From Nitrospirota bacterium (GTDB lineage: Bacteria > Nitrospirota > UBA9217): DNA of 64,000 nucleotides. Below, piece after piece: positions 39,791 through 48,207 of this stretch; within the stretch, counting starts at the first letter, position 1, and each line of letters begins with the position of its first letter. Made by a program: the position numbers and the translations under genes. Below the pieces are notes generated by a model. The model saw only the letters and a list, made by a program, of their open reading frames with translations, was not told the DNA's origin and ran no database searches. Where the stretch lies: assembly GCA_029858565.1 (NCBI GenBank), contig JAOUEV010000002.1:1-64000 (forward strand). The letters run 5' to 3'.

Positions 39791-40248
39791 ATCTTTTTCC
39801 TCAGGTTCTTGATCTCCCGGATGGCTATATCGGTGGTGGCCTTGCCGTGGACCGCGCCGTCCACGAGCACGACGGGCGCGAAACTGCAGAAGCCGAGACA
39901 GGCGACCTTGTCGAGCGTTATCAGGCCGTCATCAGTGGTGTCCTGTTCGCCCGCGAGGTGCAGCTCGCGTTGGATGCCGCTGATGATGCGGTCCGCGCCC
40001 CGCACATGGCAGGCCGTACCGCAGCAGGCCGTCACCTTGTGCCTGCCCACGGGCTTGAGGCGGAACTGGGCGTAGAAGGTGGCGACGCCGTAGAAGCGGC
40101 TCGCTGCTATGCCGAGCTCGCGGGAGAAAAGCATTACCGCATCCCGGGGAATGTAACCAAAGGCTTCCTGGGTGTCCTGGAGAAGGGAGATGATGTTGCC
40201 GCCGGTCTCCCGGTGGCGTTCGATGAGTTCGCGCAGTCTTGATTCCAT
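39787..40248 (-). CDS. NuoE/HydC-like [2Fe-2S] gamma subunit
   Basis: GVATFYAQF, CCGTACHVRG, ACLGFCSFAP. Confidence 0.92.
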   Translation of the reverse strand: MESRLRELIERHRETGGNIISLLQDTQEAFGYIPRDAVMLFSRELGIAASRFYGVATFYAQFRLKPVGRHKVTACCGTACHVRGADRIISGIQRELHLAGEQDTTDDGLITLDKVACLGFCSFAPVVLVDGAVHGKATTDIAIREIKNLRKKI

Positions 40249-40486
40249 AAGAATTATTTATGTGACGATTAATAGTACCATGGCTGGAGTAAATACAAAA
40301 GAAAAAGTCACTTATTTACACATGTTCGCTGTTTTGAATATATATTCCGAGACAGCATAACTTATGTAGCCGCAGTTTTACCCAGCGTCTTCCTGCGAGG
40401 CATGTTGATGGGGGCGCTGCTGCCGGAATGGTGTATTATCGACCCTTTCCATTTGACCGTCATGGTCATACAGGTTATGATTTCGA

Positions 40487-42178
40487 ATGAACGGATGGCA
40501 TGGAAAAATGCTGGTCGTGGACCTGTCAGCGCGAGCGGTTCATGATCAGCCGATCGCGCAGGAAACACTCGCCGCCTGGCTCGGCGGCAGGGGGCTTGGC
40601 GATCACCTGATGGCTGATCGCATCACCCTGGACCCCTTTGACGAGGAGATGCCGCTCTTGTTCAGCGTGGGTCCGCTCTGCGGCACCGCGGCCCCCACGT
40701 CGTCGCGCATGTCCGTGGTCTCCCGCTCTCCGCTCACGGGCACCATCTTCGACTCTTCCGTGGGCGGTCATCTGCCGCTCAAGCTCAAGCAGGCCGGGTA
40801 CGATTCGGTGATGATCATTGGCAAGGCAAGTTCACCGGTCTATCTCGCGATAACCGATGACGCGGCGGAGATCAGGGATGCAGCCCATCTCTGGGGCAAG
40901 GGCACCGGCGAAACGATCTCGGCGCTTGAAAAGGATGGCGAGGTCGCCTGCATCGGTCCGGCAGGGGAAAGGCTCGCGCTGATCTCGAACATCATGATCG
41001 GCACGGGCAATTCCGTGGGCCGCGGCGGCATGGGCGCTGTCATGGGCTCCAAGAACCTCAAAGCGATCGTGGTAAAGGGCTCGAAGAAACCGTCGATAGC
41101 CGACGAGGGCATGTTCAAGAAGGCCTATGACGATGTGCTGCGGCTGCTGAAGGCGTCGCCCGTGGTCATGGGCGAACTGGGCCTTGCCGAGTACGGCACC
41201 GCGGCGCTCGTGGATATCGTGGACGAGCGCAGGATGACGCCGACCGAGAACTTCCGGAAGACCTATTTCCCTGCTGCCCATGCCTATTCCGGCCCGAGCC
41301 TCAGGAAGCTCTACGGTTCGAAAAAAGAAGGCTGCGCCATCTGTCCGATCCAGTGCAAGAAGGTCACGTCCTGCGGCAGGCCCATGCCTGAGTTCGAGAC
41401 CCTGTCGCACTTCGGCGCCTTGAACGGAAATGACGATCCCGAGTCCATTGTGAAGGCAAACCTGCTGTGCAACAATCTGGGACTGGACACCATATCGACA
41501 GCATCGACCATTGCCGCCTACGGCGAGTCCCGGGGCAGGTTCCTGGGCCCTGACGAGATCCTGGAGATGGTCAGGAAGATCGCTTATCGCGAGGGCGACG
41601 GGGACAAACTTGCGGAAGGTTCGAAGCGTTACTGCGAGTCCATATCCCACCCGGAATTTTCCATGACCGTGAAGGGCCTGGAGCTTCCTGCGTACGATCC
41701 TCGCGGCTCCTACGGCATGGCCCTGGCCTATGGCACCTCGAACCGCGGGGCCTGCCATTTGCGTGCCTATCCCATCAGTCAGGAGATCCTGCGAAAGCCT
41801 GTTGCGACCGACCGGTTCAGCTTCGACGGCAAGGCCCGGCTGATCAAGGTCTGCGAGGACACGAACGCGGTCATTGATTCGCTCGCGGTCTGCAAATTCG
41901 CCTTCCTTGGCGCGTCGGTCGAGGAATACGCGCAGCTGCTTGCTGCTGCCACGGGCAGGGAATACACCGGCCAGGAGCTTCTCAAGATCGGCGAACGCAT
42001 TATCGAGCGCGAGCGGCAGTATAACAGTATGAACGGGTTCTCGGAAAAGGACGATCTTCTTCCGGAGCGGTTCTTCACTGATGCGGGGAGCTCGGGCGAA
42101 GGCATCGATGTCCCGGCGATCGATAAGAAGCGTTATCAGGAGGAGATGGAGAAGTATTATAGGATCAGAAGGCAGTAG
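40487..42178 (+). CDS. aor: Aldehyde:ferredoxin oxidoreductase family (W-pterin) protein
   Basis: LGGRGLG, SPLTG, GRGGMGAVMGSKNLKAI, C..CPIQC, PEFET, GLDTIS, YDPRG, NRGACH, LPERF. Confidence 0.9.
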   Translation: MNGWHGKMLVVDLSARAVHDQPIAQETLAAWLGGRGLGDHLMADRITLDPFDEEMPLLFSVGPLCGTAAPTSSRMSVVSRSPLTGTIFDSSVGGHLPLKLKQAGYDSVMIIGKASSPVYLAITDDAAEIRDAAHLWGKGTGETISALEKDGEVACIGPAGERLALISNIMIGTGNSVGRGGMGAVMGSKNLKAIVVKGSKKPSIADEGMFKKAYDDVLRLLKASPVVMGELGLAEYGTAALVDIVDERRMTPTENFRKTYFPAAHAYSGPSLRKLYGSKKEGCAICPIQCKKVTSCGRPMPEFETLSHFGALNGNDDPESIVKANLLCNNLGLDTISTASTIAAYGESRGRFLGPDEILEMVRKIAYREGDGDKLAEGSKRYCESISHPEFSMTVKGLELPAYDPRGSYGMALAYGTSNRGACHLRAYPISQEILRKPVATDRFSFDGKARLIKVCEDTNAVIDSLAVCKFAFLGASVEEYAQLLAAATGREYTGQELLKIGERIIERERQYNSMNGFSEKDDLLPERFFTDAGSSGEGIDVPAIDKKRYQEEMEKYYRIRRQ

Positions 42179-42231
42179 CCAGTAGCCGGTAGCCAGAACA
42201 CCTGGAAGCCAGAGGCTTCAGCCTGCGGGGT

Positions 42232-42444
42232 TCATGACCCCCACGTGGTGGTCCACTTGAGAAAGAGCAGGACCCAGGGCGTAAGATGCAGGAACAGGTC
42301 GAACCAGTCGATGGGCCGCTTGAGCGTGCCGTTCTTGAGCATCACCAGCTTTTCCCAGAGATGGGGCGGGGCAAAGGGCGCGAGGCCGAGGGTCAGACAG
42401 AGGAACACGAACATGGCCCAGGGTTGTTCCGCAATGTAGTGCAT
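42232..42444 (-). CDS. Small conserved membrane protein
   Basis: GGAGG RBS and upstream TATAAT; LGLAPFAPPHLWEKL...LKRPIDWFDLFLH. Confidence 0.75.
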   Translation of the reverse strand: MHYIAEQPWAMFVFLCLTLGLAPFAPPHLWEKLVMLKNGTLKRPIDWFDLFLHLTPWVLLFLKWTTTWGS

Positions 42445-42539
42445 GATGGCCTCCGTTAAGCTATTATACCGCGCCGGCGGAAAACCGGGAAAGGAAAAAC
42501 CTGTTCGCGCGAGACGATCTTGACTTGAGGGTTCACAGT

Positions 42540-42977
42540 ATGAGCGAAAATACCGAAAAAGCACTTGCCACATTTCTCGACGGTTTCTCCTGAGCACAGG
42601 CGATCCTGTCCGTGTACGGGGAGCGGTCCGGTCTGGACCGTGAAACAGCATTGCGCATTGCCGGAGCTTTCGGCGCCGGACTGGCCAGGACCGGACAGAC
42701 CTGCGGGGCAGTCACCGGTGCGCTTATGGTCATCGGGCTGCATCACGCCAAATTGAAGAAAGGCGATGACGACGGCCGCGAGCGCGCCTATGCTCTTGCC
42801 CAGGAGTTCATGGACGCGTTCAAGGCACGGAACCGGTCGCTGGTCTGCAACGAGCTTCTGGGCGTTGATGTGAGCATGGTCGAGGGAATGAAGGCGGTCC
42901 GCGAAAAGGACCTGTTCAGGACGGTCTGTCCCAAATTCGTCAGGGACGCAGGGGAAGTGCTGGAAGAGCTTGTCTGA
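42540..42977 (+). CDS. C-GCAxxG-C-C family redox selenoprotein; UGA at 42591-42593
   Basis: MSENTEKALATFLDGFS-UGA-AQAIL, with UGA at the conserved F..G..CAQA Cys position, continues in frame into AFGAG...TCGAVTG...VCNEL...CPKFV. GAGG RBS before ATG 42540. Confidence 0.88.
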
Positions 42978-42988
42978 TCGTTGCGGCC

Positions 42989-43633
42989 TTACCCCCCGTT
43001 TTTTGAAAGCCTTTCAAAATCTTTGCCCAATTCACTCCAGTCCTGTTCCTGCAGGTTCATGATCCGTTCCTTGATGCGTTTTACCGCTTTGGCAACATCC
43101 TTTTCTTTTTCCAGTTCATAGAACGAACGAACCGCGGCAAAGGCCCGGTCAGTATAGTCCGGTATCGGCACCAGCACGTCGTCACGCCGGGAATAATAGG
43201 GGTCTTCACCGGGCGCGCAGGCCGCGGCGAAGACATTATATTGCCGGCAGGCAATAGGCCTGACCGCATGGACCGAGCAGGCGCGGTCCACCAGGAAGGG
43301 GCAGGGGTCGTTCCTGCGATGGTCACTGCATCGGCGGAGCACAGTTGAGCGCGCGGCTTTGTCAAGCTTCTCGAATATATACCACCGCAGTCCGGGCAGC
43401 TCATGGGGGTAGAGCGGAATATCTGGCTGATGGCAGCAGACATCGCAGCCCGGTGAACAAGCGAGTTTTTGCTTTCGCTTTTTCTCCCGGTCCCGGACAG
43501 CCACAGCGACACCTGTGTCAATGATGGCATAGCTGTCGAGCAGGGCCGGCAGCCATGAAAGGCGCTGTTCGTCCCCGGGGAAGTGCTGCCTCCGGGAGAG
43601 GCCGGATGATGATTTGCCGGAAGGTGTTTTCAT
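42989..43633 (-). CDS. YkgJ family cysteine-cluster protein
   Basis: ACSPGCDVCC, CPFL...CSVH.VRP.ACR. Confidence 0.85.
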   Translation of the reverse strand: MKTPSGKSSSGLSRRQHFPGDEQRLSWLPALLDSYAIIDTGVAVAVRDREKKRKQKLACSPGCDVCCHQPDIPLYPHELPGLRWYIFEKLDKAARSTVLRRCSDHRRNDPCPFLVDRACSVHAVRPIACRQYNVFAAACAPGEDPYYSRRDDVLVPIPDYTDRAFAAVRSFYELEKEKDVAKAVKRIKERIMNLQEQDWSELGKDFERLSKNGG

Positions 43634-43855
43634 AGGACAGTGTTTGAGCTTGCTTGCTCGCTCCTGAACAATAACATGGCTGTTTGAAAAAGACAACGGG
43701 GTGAAACTTTTGATGTATGATCGGGGCAGATATGGTCAGCAGTGCAACGCCGTATTGCTCCTCCTAACCGTTGAGAGACAGAAAAACCCTTCAAAAGCTC
43801 TCAGGCCGGAGTGGGTTGCGCAGCGGTGCTATACTTAAAATAACAGGAGGCGAAT

Positions 43856-44275
43856 ATGATGGAATTGATCCTTGGTATAGGAGTAGGCGCCTTTGTCATC
43901 TATTCGGGATTCAATATCGCCTATCTCGTCAGCATGAGGAGGACGAGCGAACGATTGGGCGAGCTCGTACGGAATTCCGAGGGAAACTTGAACAGGACCC
44001 TGGAGGGGCTTGCGAGCACGCTGGAGAATCTGCGCACGATCAGCGGCAATGTCAGCGACGTGACTGAGGATGTCCGGCAGATATCGCAGACCGTCGCGAA
44101 TGTGGAGCGGGTCATGCGTGAGTCTCTTGTTCAGATGCAGGAACGCTTCGGTGACGCAGCCGAGGCGAATATTGCCGGACTGAGGGCCGGCATCACCACG
44201 GGAGTGGCAGCACTGGTAAGGAATCTCCAGGAAGAAAGGAGGGATGATCATGAAAGAGGAACTGGTAAAACGTGA
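43856..44275 (+). CDS. DUF948/YoxC-like membrane-anchored coiled-coil protein
   Basis: AGGAGG RBS, N-terminal TM plus coiled coil; paired with a YtxH gene. Confidence 0.7.
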   Translation: MMELILGIGVGAFVIYSGFNIAYLVSMRRTSERLGELVRNSEGNLNRTLEGLASTLENLRTISGNVSDVTEDVRQISQTVANVERVMRESLVQMQERFGDAAEANIAGLRAGITTGVAALVRNLQEERRDDHERGTGKT

Positions 44276-44531
44276 ACGCTCGATCTGGGTCCCCTTCCTC
44301 ATCGGCAGTGCGGTAGGGGCGGGCGTGGCGCTGCTGCTTGCGCCCAAGTCCGGGAAGGAGCTCCGCAAGGATATCAAGGACATCGCGGGCTCGACCCGGG
44401 ACAGGATCTCGACGACCGTTGAAAAGGGCAGGGAAATATATGATGAGAGCCTGACCGCGGTCAAGGATGCAGTCGAAGCAGGGAAGATGGCATACATTCA
44501 GGAGCGGGAGAAACATCTGAAAGCCGCATGA
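44250..44531 (+). CDS. YtxH domain protein
   Basis: FLIGSAVGAGVALLLAPKSGKELRKDI. Confidence 0.9.
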   Translation: MKEELVKRERSIWVPFLIGSAVGAGVALLLAPKSGKELRKDIKDIAGSTRDRISTTVEKGREIYDESLTAVKDAVEAGKMAYIQEREKHLKAA

Positions 44532-44607
44532 ATGATGCTGAGAGCGCGTTGGGCAGCGAGCGACGCGCTCTTTCTGTGTCCCGGCACCGGTCAGGCACCG
44601 GGCCATC

Positions 44608-46083
44608 CTAGATCCGCAGCAGCGTTGGATCGGTGTGGGGGATGAACACGGCTCCCCGGAACTCCTTCATGAACTCCGGGTCATCATGCATGTGCTTGTA
44701 GGTGATCCGCTCGATGAGAGCGCTGGCGCGTTCGGCCAGCGACGCGTCCTCGAGCAGCATGCGGCAGCCTGCGAGGGATGTGTTGCCCAGTGCCTGCACC
44801 TGTTCAGCGGGCCAGGCGGGAACCATGCCGATCGCGGCCGCTTTTTTGACATTGATGCCGGTCCCGAGCGCGCCGGAAACGTATACCCGCGCAATATGGC
44901 CGAAGGATACGCCGACGGAGCGCGTGAGCGTCAGGAGCAGTGTGAACATGGCTGCCTTGGACCGCAGGAAGTTCTGTATCTCCCCCTGAGTGATCTTGAG
45001 CGGGCTTCCGCCGCCGCAGGACAGGGTCAAGGTCCGCTCGCCATCCGCCACGGATACCTGCTCGCCGTCCCGCAGAACGCCGGTCTGATCGATCATGCCT
45101 GCCTGGTACAATTCGTAAACAAGACTGATCATGCCCGAACCGCAGATGCCTTCCGGTTCCGCATTGTCAAAGGTACTGCAGGTGACCGCTCCTCCGGAGA
45201 TCGTCAGGTCGTAGATGATGCCCGTTGTCGCCCGTTTCCCGATCCGCGATATCCCTTCCTCCAGCGCCGGTCCGGCGGCTCCCGCGCCGACGATCATCCA
45301 GTCACTGTTCCCGATCACGATCTCGGCGTTGGTGCCTACGTCGACGAGCAGTTGTATGTCCGTTGAGCGGTCCATGTCCGCCGCGATGATGCCTGCGGTG
45401 ATGTCCCCGCCCACGTAGCTTCCGGCGTTCGGAAAAGCGTAGATAACGCCTTCCGGGCAGATCCTGATCCCGAGGTTAGAGGCGGTCCGGAAGCCCGGAT
45501 CACGCACCACCGGGGTGAATGGGGCGACCGGTATCGTGGCCACATCGAGCCCGAGGAAAAAATGGGTCATGATCGTGTTGCCCCCAACGACCAGCGCGTG
45601 TATGTCCTCGGTGTTGATCCCGGCCATGCGGCAGAGGCCGGAGACCAGTTCATTGACGCCGTTCTTCAGGACACGGTAGACCTCTTCGCCGTTCCCGGTC
45701 ATGGTGTGGTGGAGCCGGGTAAGGACATCGCTTCCAAAATCTATCTGGGGATTCTCGACGGTTCTCGCTGCCACGTCCTTTGCCGCGAGGTTGTCATAGA
45801 GAAGACCCGCGAGGTTCGTGGTGCCGATATCGAGCGCCACGGAATAGGAGCGCTCCCGGCCGATGTCGATCAGCCGCGGGACCCCGAATGCGCTGCTGAT
45901 GATGCAGGAGAACGGCCGCCCGCGCTTTATGACCGCGGCCGACTTCCGCAGGACCGCAAGGGGTATGTGCAGACCGGGGAGTCCCAGGCTTTCCCGCAGC
46001 CGCTGGTCATGGGCACGGCGGTCGGAATCCGTGGCCCGGGGAAGCGAGATCGATTGGGAATATATAAGGGGCTGCGTAGGCAT
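44608..46083 (-). CDS. ASKHA-type ATPase, RACo/DUF4445 family, lacking the N-terminal [2Fe-2S] domain
   Basis: LDIGTTN, NPQ..FGSDVLTR, SYVGGDI, DVGTNAE, AAGPALE, GICGSG, GNTSLAG. Confidence 0.85.
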   Translation of the reverse strand: MPTQPLIYSQSISLPRATDSDRRAHDQRLRESLGLPGLHIPLAVLRKSAAVIKRGRPFSCIISSAFGVPRLIDIGRERSYSVALDIGTTNLAGLLYDNLAAKDVAARTVENPQIDFGSDVLTRLHHTMTGNGEEVYRVLKNGVNELVSGLCRMAGINTEDIHALVVGGNTIMTHFFLGLDVATIPVAPFTPVVRDPGFRTASNLGIRICPEGVIYAFPNAGSYVGGDITAGIIAADMDRSTDIQLLVDVGTNAEIVIGNSDWMIVGAGAAGPALEEGISRIGKRATTGIIYDLTISGGAVTCSTFDNAEPEGICGSGMISLVYELYQAGMIDQTGVLRDGEQVSVADGERTLTLSCGGGSPLKITQGEIQNFLRSKAAMFTLLLTLTRSVGVSFGHIARVYVSGALGTGINVKKAAAIGMVPAWPAEQVQALGNTSLAGCRMLLEDASLAERASALIERITYKHMHDDPEFMKEFRGAVFIPHTDPTLLRI

Positions 46084-46148
46084 AGGTCTCTGCGGTAGTG
46101 AACAATACCATGGGCAGGTCGGAATGGCAAGGAGATGAGACGGGGACT

Positions 46149-47741
46149 CTAGTCTTTAAAGCAGAAAGGGTCCTTTTCGGAGAAAATATCAAGACCGCTG
46201 CTTTTGGCTACGGCAAGGCAGCCCCCGCAGGCGATGCGGACGTCGCATCCACTGCAGGACGAAGGTCCGAGACGGTATCTCTGTGCAGCATCGGAGTCAT
46301 AGATCTCGCCGAGTGTTCGTTCGCGGATGTTCCCGATCGGTGACGGCAGCTTCCTGCAGGCATGCACCTCGCCGTCGGCAAGAAGGGTCACGAAGTTAAA
46401 GGCCGCTCCGCAGCCGTAGCCCGTGCATCCGCCAAAGAGGTCCATTCCCCGTTCGCGCAGGAGGACATTGATCAGGTTGTCCTTTGTGCCCATGACCGGA
46501 TTGGTCTCCGCCGCGGTGAGGTACTCTTCCAGGAAGCGGCGGTACCCGTTCCGTTCCGTCATGGCCAGGTTCGCGCCTTCTCCAAAGAGCGCCAGCCGGT
46601 TGAAATGGAAGGCATCGGTCCGGTCCCGGAGCGCCTCGGCAAGCGGGAGGACCTGGTCCCGGTTCCCGCTGGTGAGCGTCAGCATGACCATGGAGGAGAC
46701 CTTGAGCTCCTTCAGGAGATCGAGAAAATCCATGATGCGGTCGAAGTGGCCTGCGCCGCGGATGCCGTCATTGTGTTCCCGCAGCCCTTCGAGGCTCACC
46801 TGGAAGAACGAAGGCATGGCGATCGACAGGATCTCCTCAAGGCGCCGGCGGGGCGCGGGATTGCCCAGTATGGCCAGTCCGAAGTTGCGGTCCGCGGCGG
46901 CCCGGTAGATCTCCAGAAAATTCGGATGGAGAAGGGGATTGCCGCCGGTGAAGGAGACCGCGCCCTGAACATTCCGTGACCTGCAGAAGGCCCGCAGATC
47001 ATCGAGCACCCGCAGCGCGTTGTCGAGCGCGAGCGGAGAGCGGTCGCTCCGGTCGTAGCAATGCTTGCAGTGGAGATCGCAGACCTGGGTGATGTGCCAC
47101 TGGAGCGTGAACGACGGCGTGGACAGGAACTCGGCGTCACCGTCCCTCCGGCTGGTGAACACCGAGGGGTCTCTCCGGAGCAGTGACTGCGGGGCCAGGA
47201 CAAAGCCCTGCCGAACGGCCCGCTCGATCGCTCCGTCAACAGCGCCGATCGGAAGGCCCCCTTCGGCGGCGACCGCCTCGGACGGGATCTCCTCAAGGAC
47301 CATCTTAAGCACCAGCAGGTCCTCGTTCGTTGCCTGCCGGGCCCGCGGTCTGCCGGAGCGGGGATCGAACCAGAGCAGCAGCCGTTCCGGGGTCTCTTCA
47401 GGAGAAGCCGCGGCGCTCTCCGGGTTGGGTTCGAGAAAGCCGGCAAGACCGGACCAGCCCAGGCTGGGAACAGCCACCGTGGGATTGGCAGTGAGCCGGT
47501 CAACGTTGACCGGGATGCTGTCCGCCCGCTCGCTCAGGAGCGCATAGGCCCGTTCAAGCCGGATGAGCTCCGCAAGGTAGTCAGGGTCGGCGCCGGAGCC
47601 GGAGTCCCTGACAGCGGACAGGAGGGCATCGGGATCAGCGCTGCCCGCGCAGCGGTTGAGGGCCTGTTTCCATCTCGCGGGGCCGATGATGCGCTGTGTG
47701 GCGGCGTAGGCGGTCGGGCCCATGTGTTTGTTCGGGGTCAT
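46149..47741 (-). CDS. sbtM: Selenobiotic-family radical SAM/SPASM peptide maturase (SbtM, TIGR04082-type)
   Basis: FTLQWHITQVCDLHCKHCYDRS, FTGGNP, QVSLEG, GGCTGYGCGAAFNF, ACRK, C..C.....CGGC, DPFC; adjacent to the SbtA precursor. Confidence 0.88.
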   Translation of the reverse strand: MTPNKHMGPTAYAATQRIIGPARWKQALNRCAGSADPDALLSAVRDSGSGADPDYLAELIRLERAYALLSERADSIPVNVDRLTANPTVAVPSLGWSGLAGFLEPNPESAAASPEETPERLLLWFDPRSGRPRARQATNEDLLVLKMVLEEIPSEAVAAEGGLPIGAVDGAIERAVRQGFVLAPQSLLRRDPSVFTSRRDGDAEFLSTPSFTLQWHITQVCDLHCKHCYDRSDRSPLALDNALRVLDDLRAFCRSRNVQGAVSFTGGNPLLHPNFLEIYRAAADRNFGLAILGNPAPRRRLEEILSIAMPSFFQVSLEGLREHNDGIRGAGHFDRIMDFLDLLKELKVSSMVMLTLTSGNRDQVLPLAEALRDRTDAFHFNRLALFGEGANLAMTERNGYRRFLEEYLTAAETNPVMGTKDNLINVLLRERGMDLFGGCTGYGCGAAFNFVTLLADGEVHACRKLPSPIGNIRERTLGEIYDSDAAQRYRLGPSSCSGCDVRIACGGCLAVAKSSGLDIFSEKDPFCFKD

Positions 47742-47753
47742 AGGGTCCTGAAA

Positions 47754-47782
47754 ATTATAATCCCGGGCAGGATATTTGTCCA
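47754..47782 (-). promoter_or_regulatory. Putative internal sigma70 promoter for sbtM, overlapping an inverted repeat
   Basis: Minus strand TGGACA-17 nt-TATAAT, then an AGGA RBS and ATG 47741; overlaps atcccgggca...tgcccgggat. Confidence 0.55.
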
Positions 47783-47856
47783 TGCCCGGGATCATCAAAA
47801 GGGTGCTCTGTTACGTGTCTGGTGGTGTCTTCTGCTCGTTTGATAGTGCGACCGCA

Positions 47857-48051
47857 CTATTTCTTGGTGCCGCCTCAGCTGCCGCCGGGCGCCTTTTCGC
47901 CGCCTCAGCCGCTCTTGGCAGGGGCATGCTGAGCGTCACCTTTTTTACCGCCTCAACCTGAAGCGCAGCCGCCAGCCATGAGGCTGGTGCCCGCCAGGAG
48001 ACCGGCAACGCCGAGCCCCGCCAGGAACTTTTTCAGATCCTGTGCGTCCAT
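47857..48051 (-). CDS. sbtA: SbtA-family RiPP precursor, 64 aa with three putative selenocysteines
   Basis: AAGGAGGT RBS; MDAQDLKKFLAGLGVAGLLAGTSLMAGGCASG-U-GGKKGDAQHAPAKSG-U-GGEKAPGGS-U-GGTKK-TAG. In-frame TGA at 47953-55, 47905-07 and 47875-77. Confidence 0.88.
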
Positions 48052-48118
48052 AGGACACCTCCTTTCCCCTAGGGTGCTGAATCTACCTGCCCCGATGTGC
48101 AGGATGCTCGATAGAAAA

Positions 48119-48147
48119 AGGATATCAGCATGCGCCTGCGGAGTCAA
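48119..48147 (-). promoter_or_regulatory. Putative sigma70 promoter of sbtA
   Basis: Minus strand TTGACT-17 nt-TATCCT with a TG extended -10. Confidence 0.55.
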
Positions 48148-48207
48148 GGAAGGTATTTCCCGACGGCCCCGCTCCCGCGGATCGCGGCGATGAGGTATAA
48201 TGAAGAC

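Noticed and set aside
43742-43759. Possible sigma54 promoter upstream of the DUF948-like gene
   Set aside because: TTGC is present but the invariant -24 GG is missing.
47811-48008. 65-aa alternative-frame ORF over sbtA
   Set aside because: No RBS; the SD-led frame has the family leader and repeated UGA-GG motifs.
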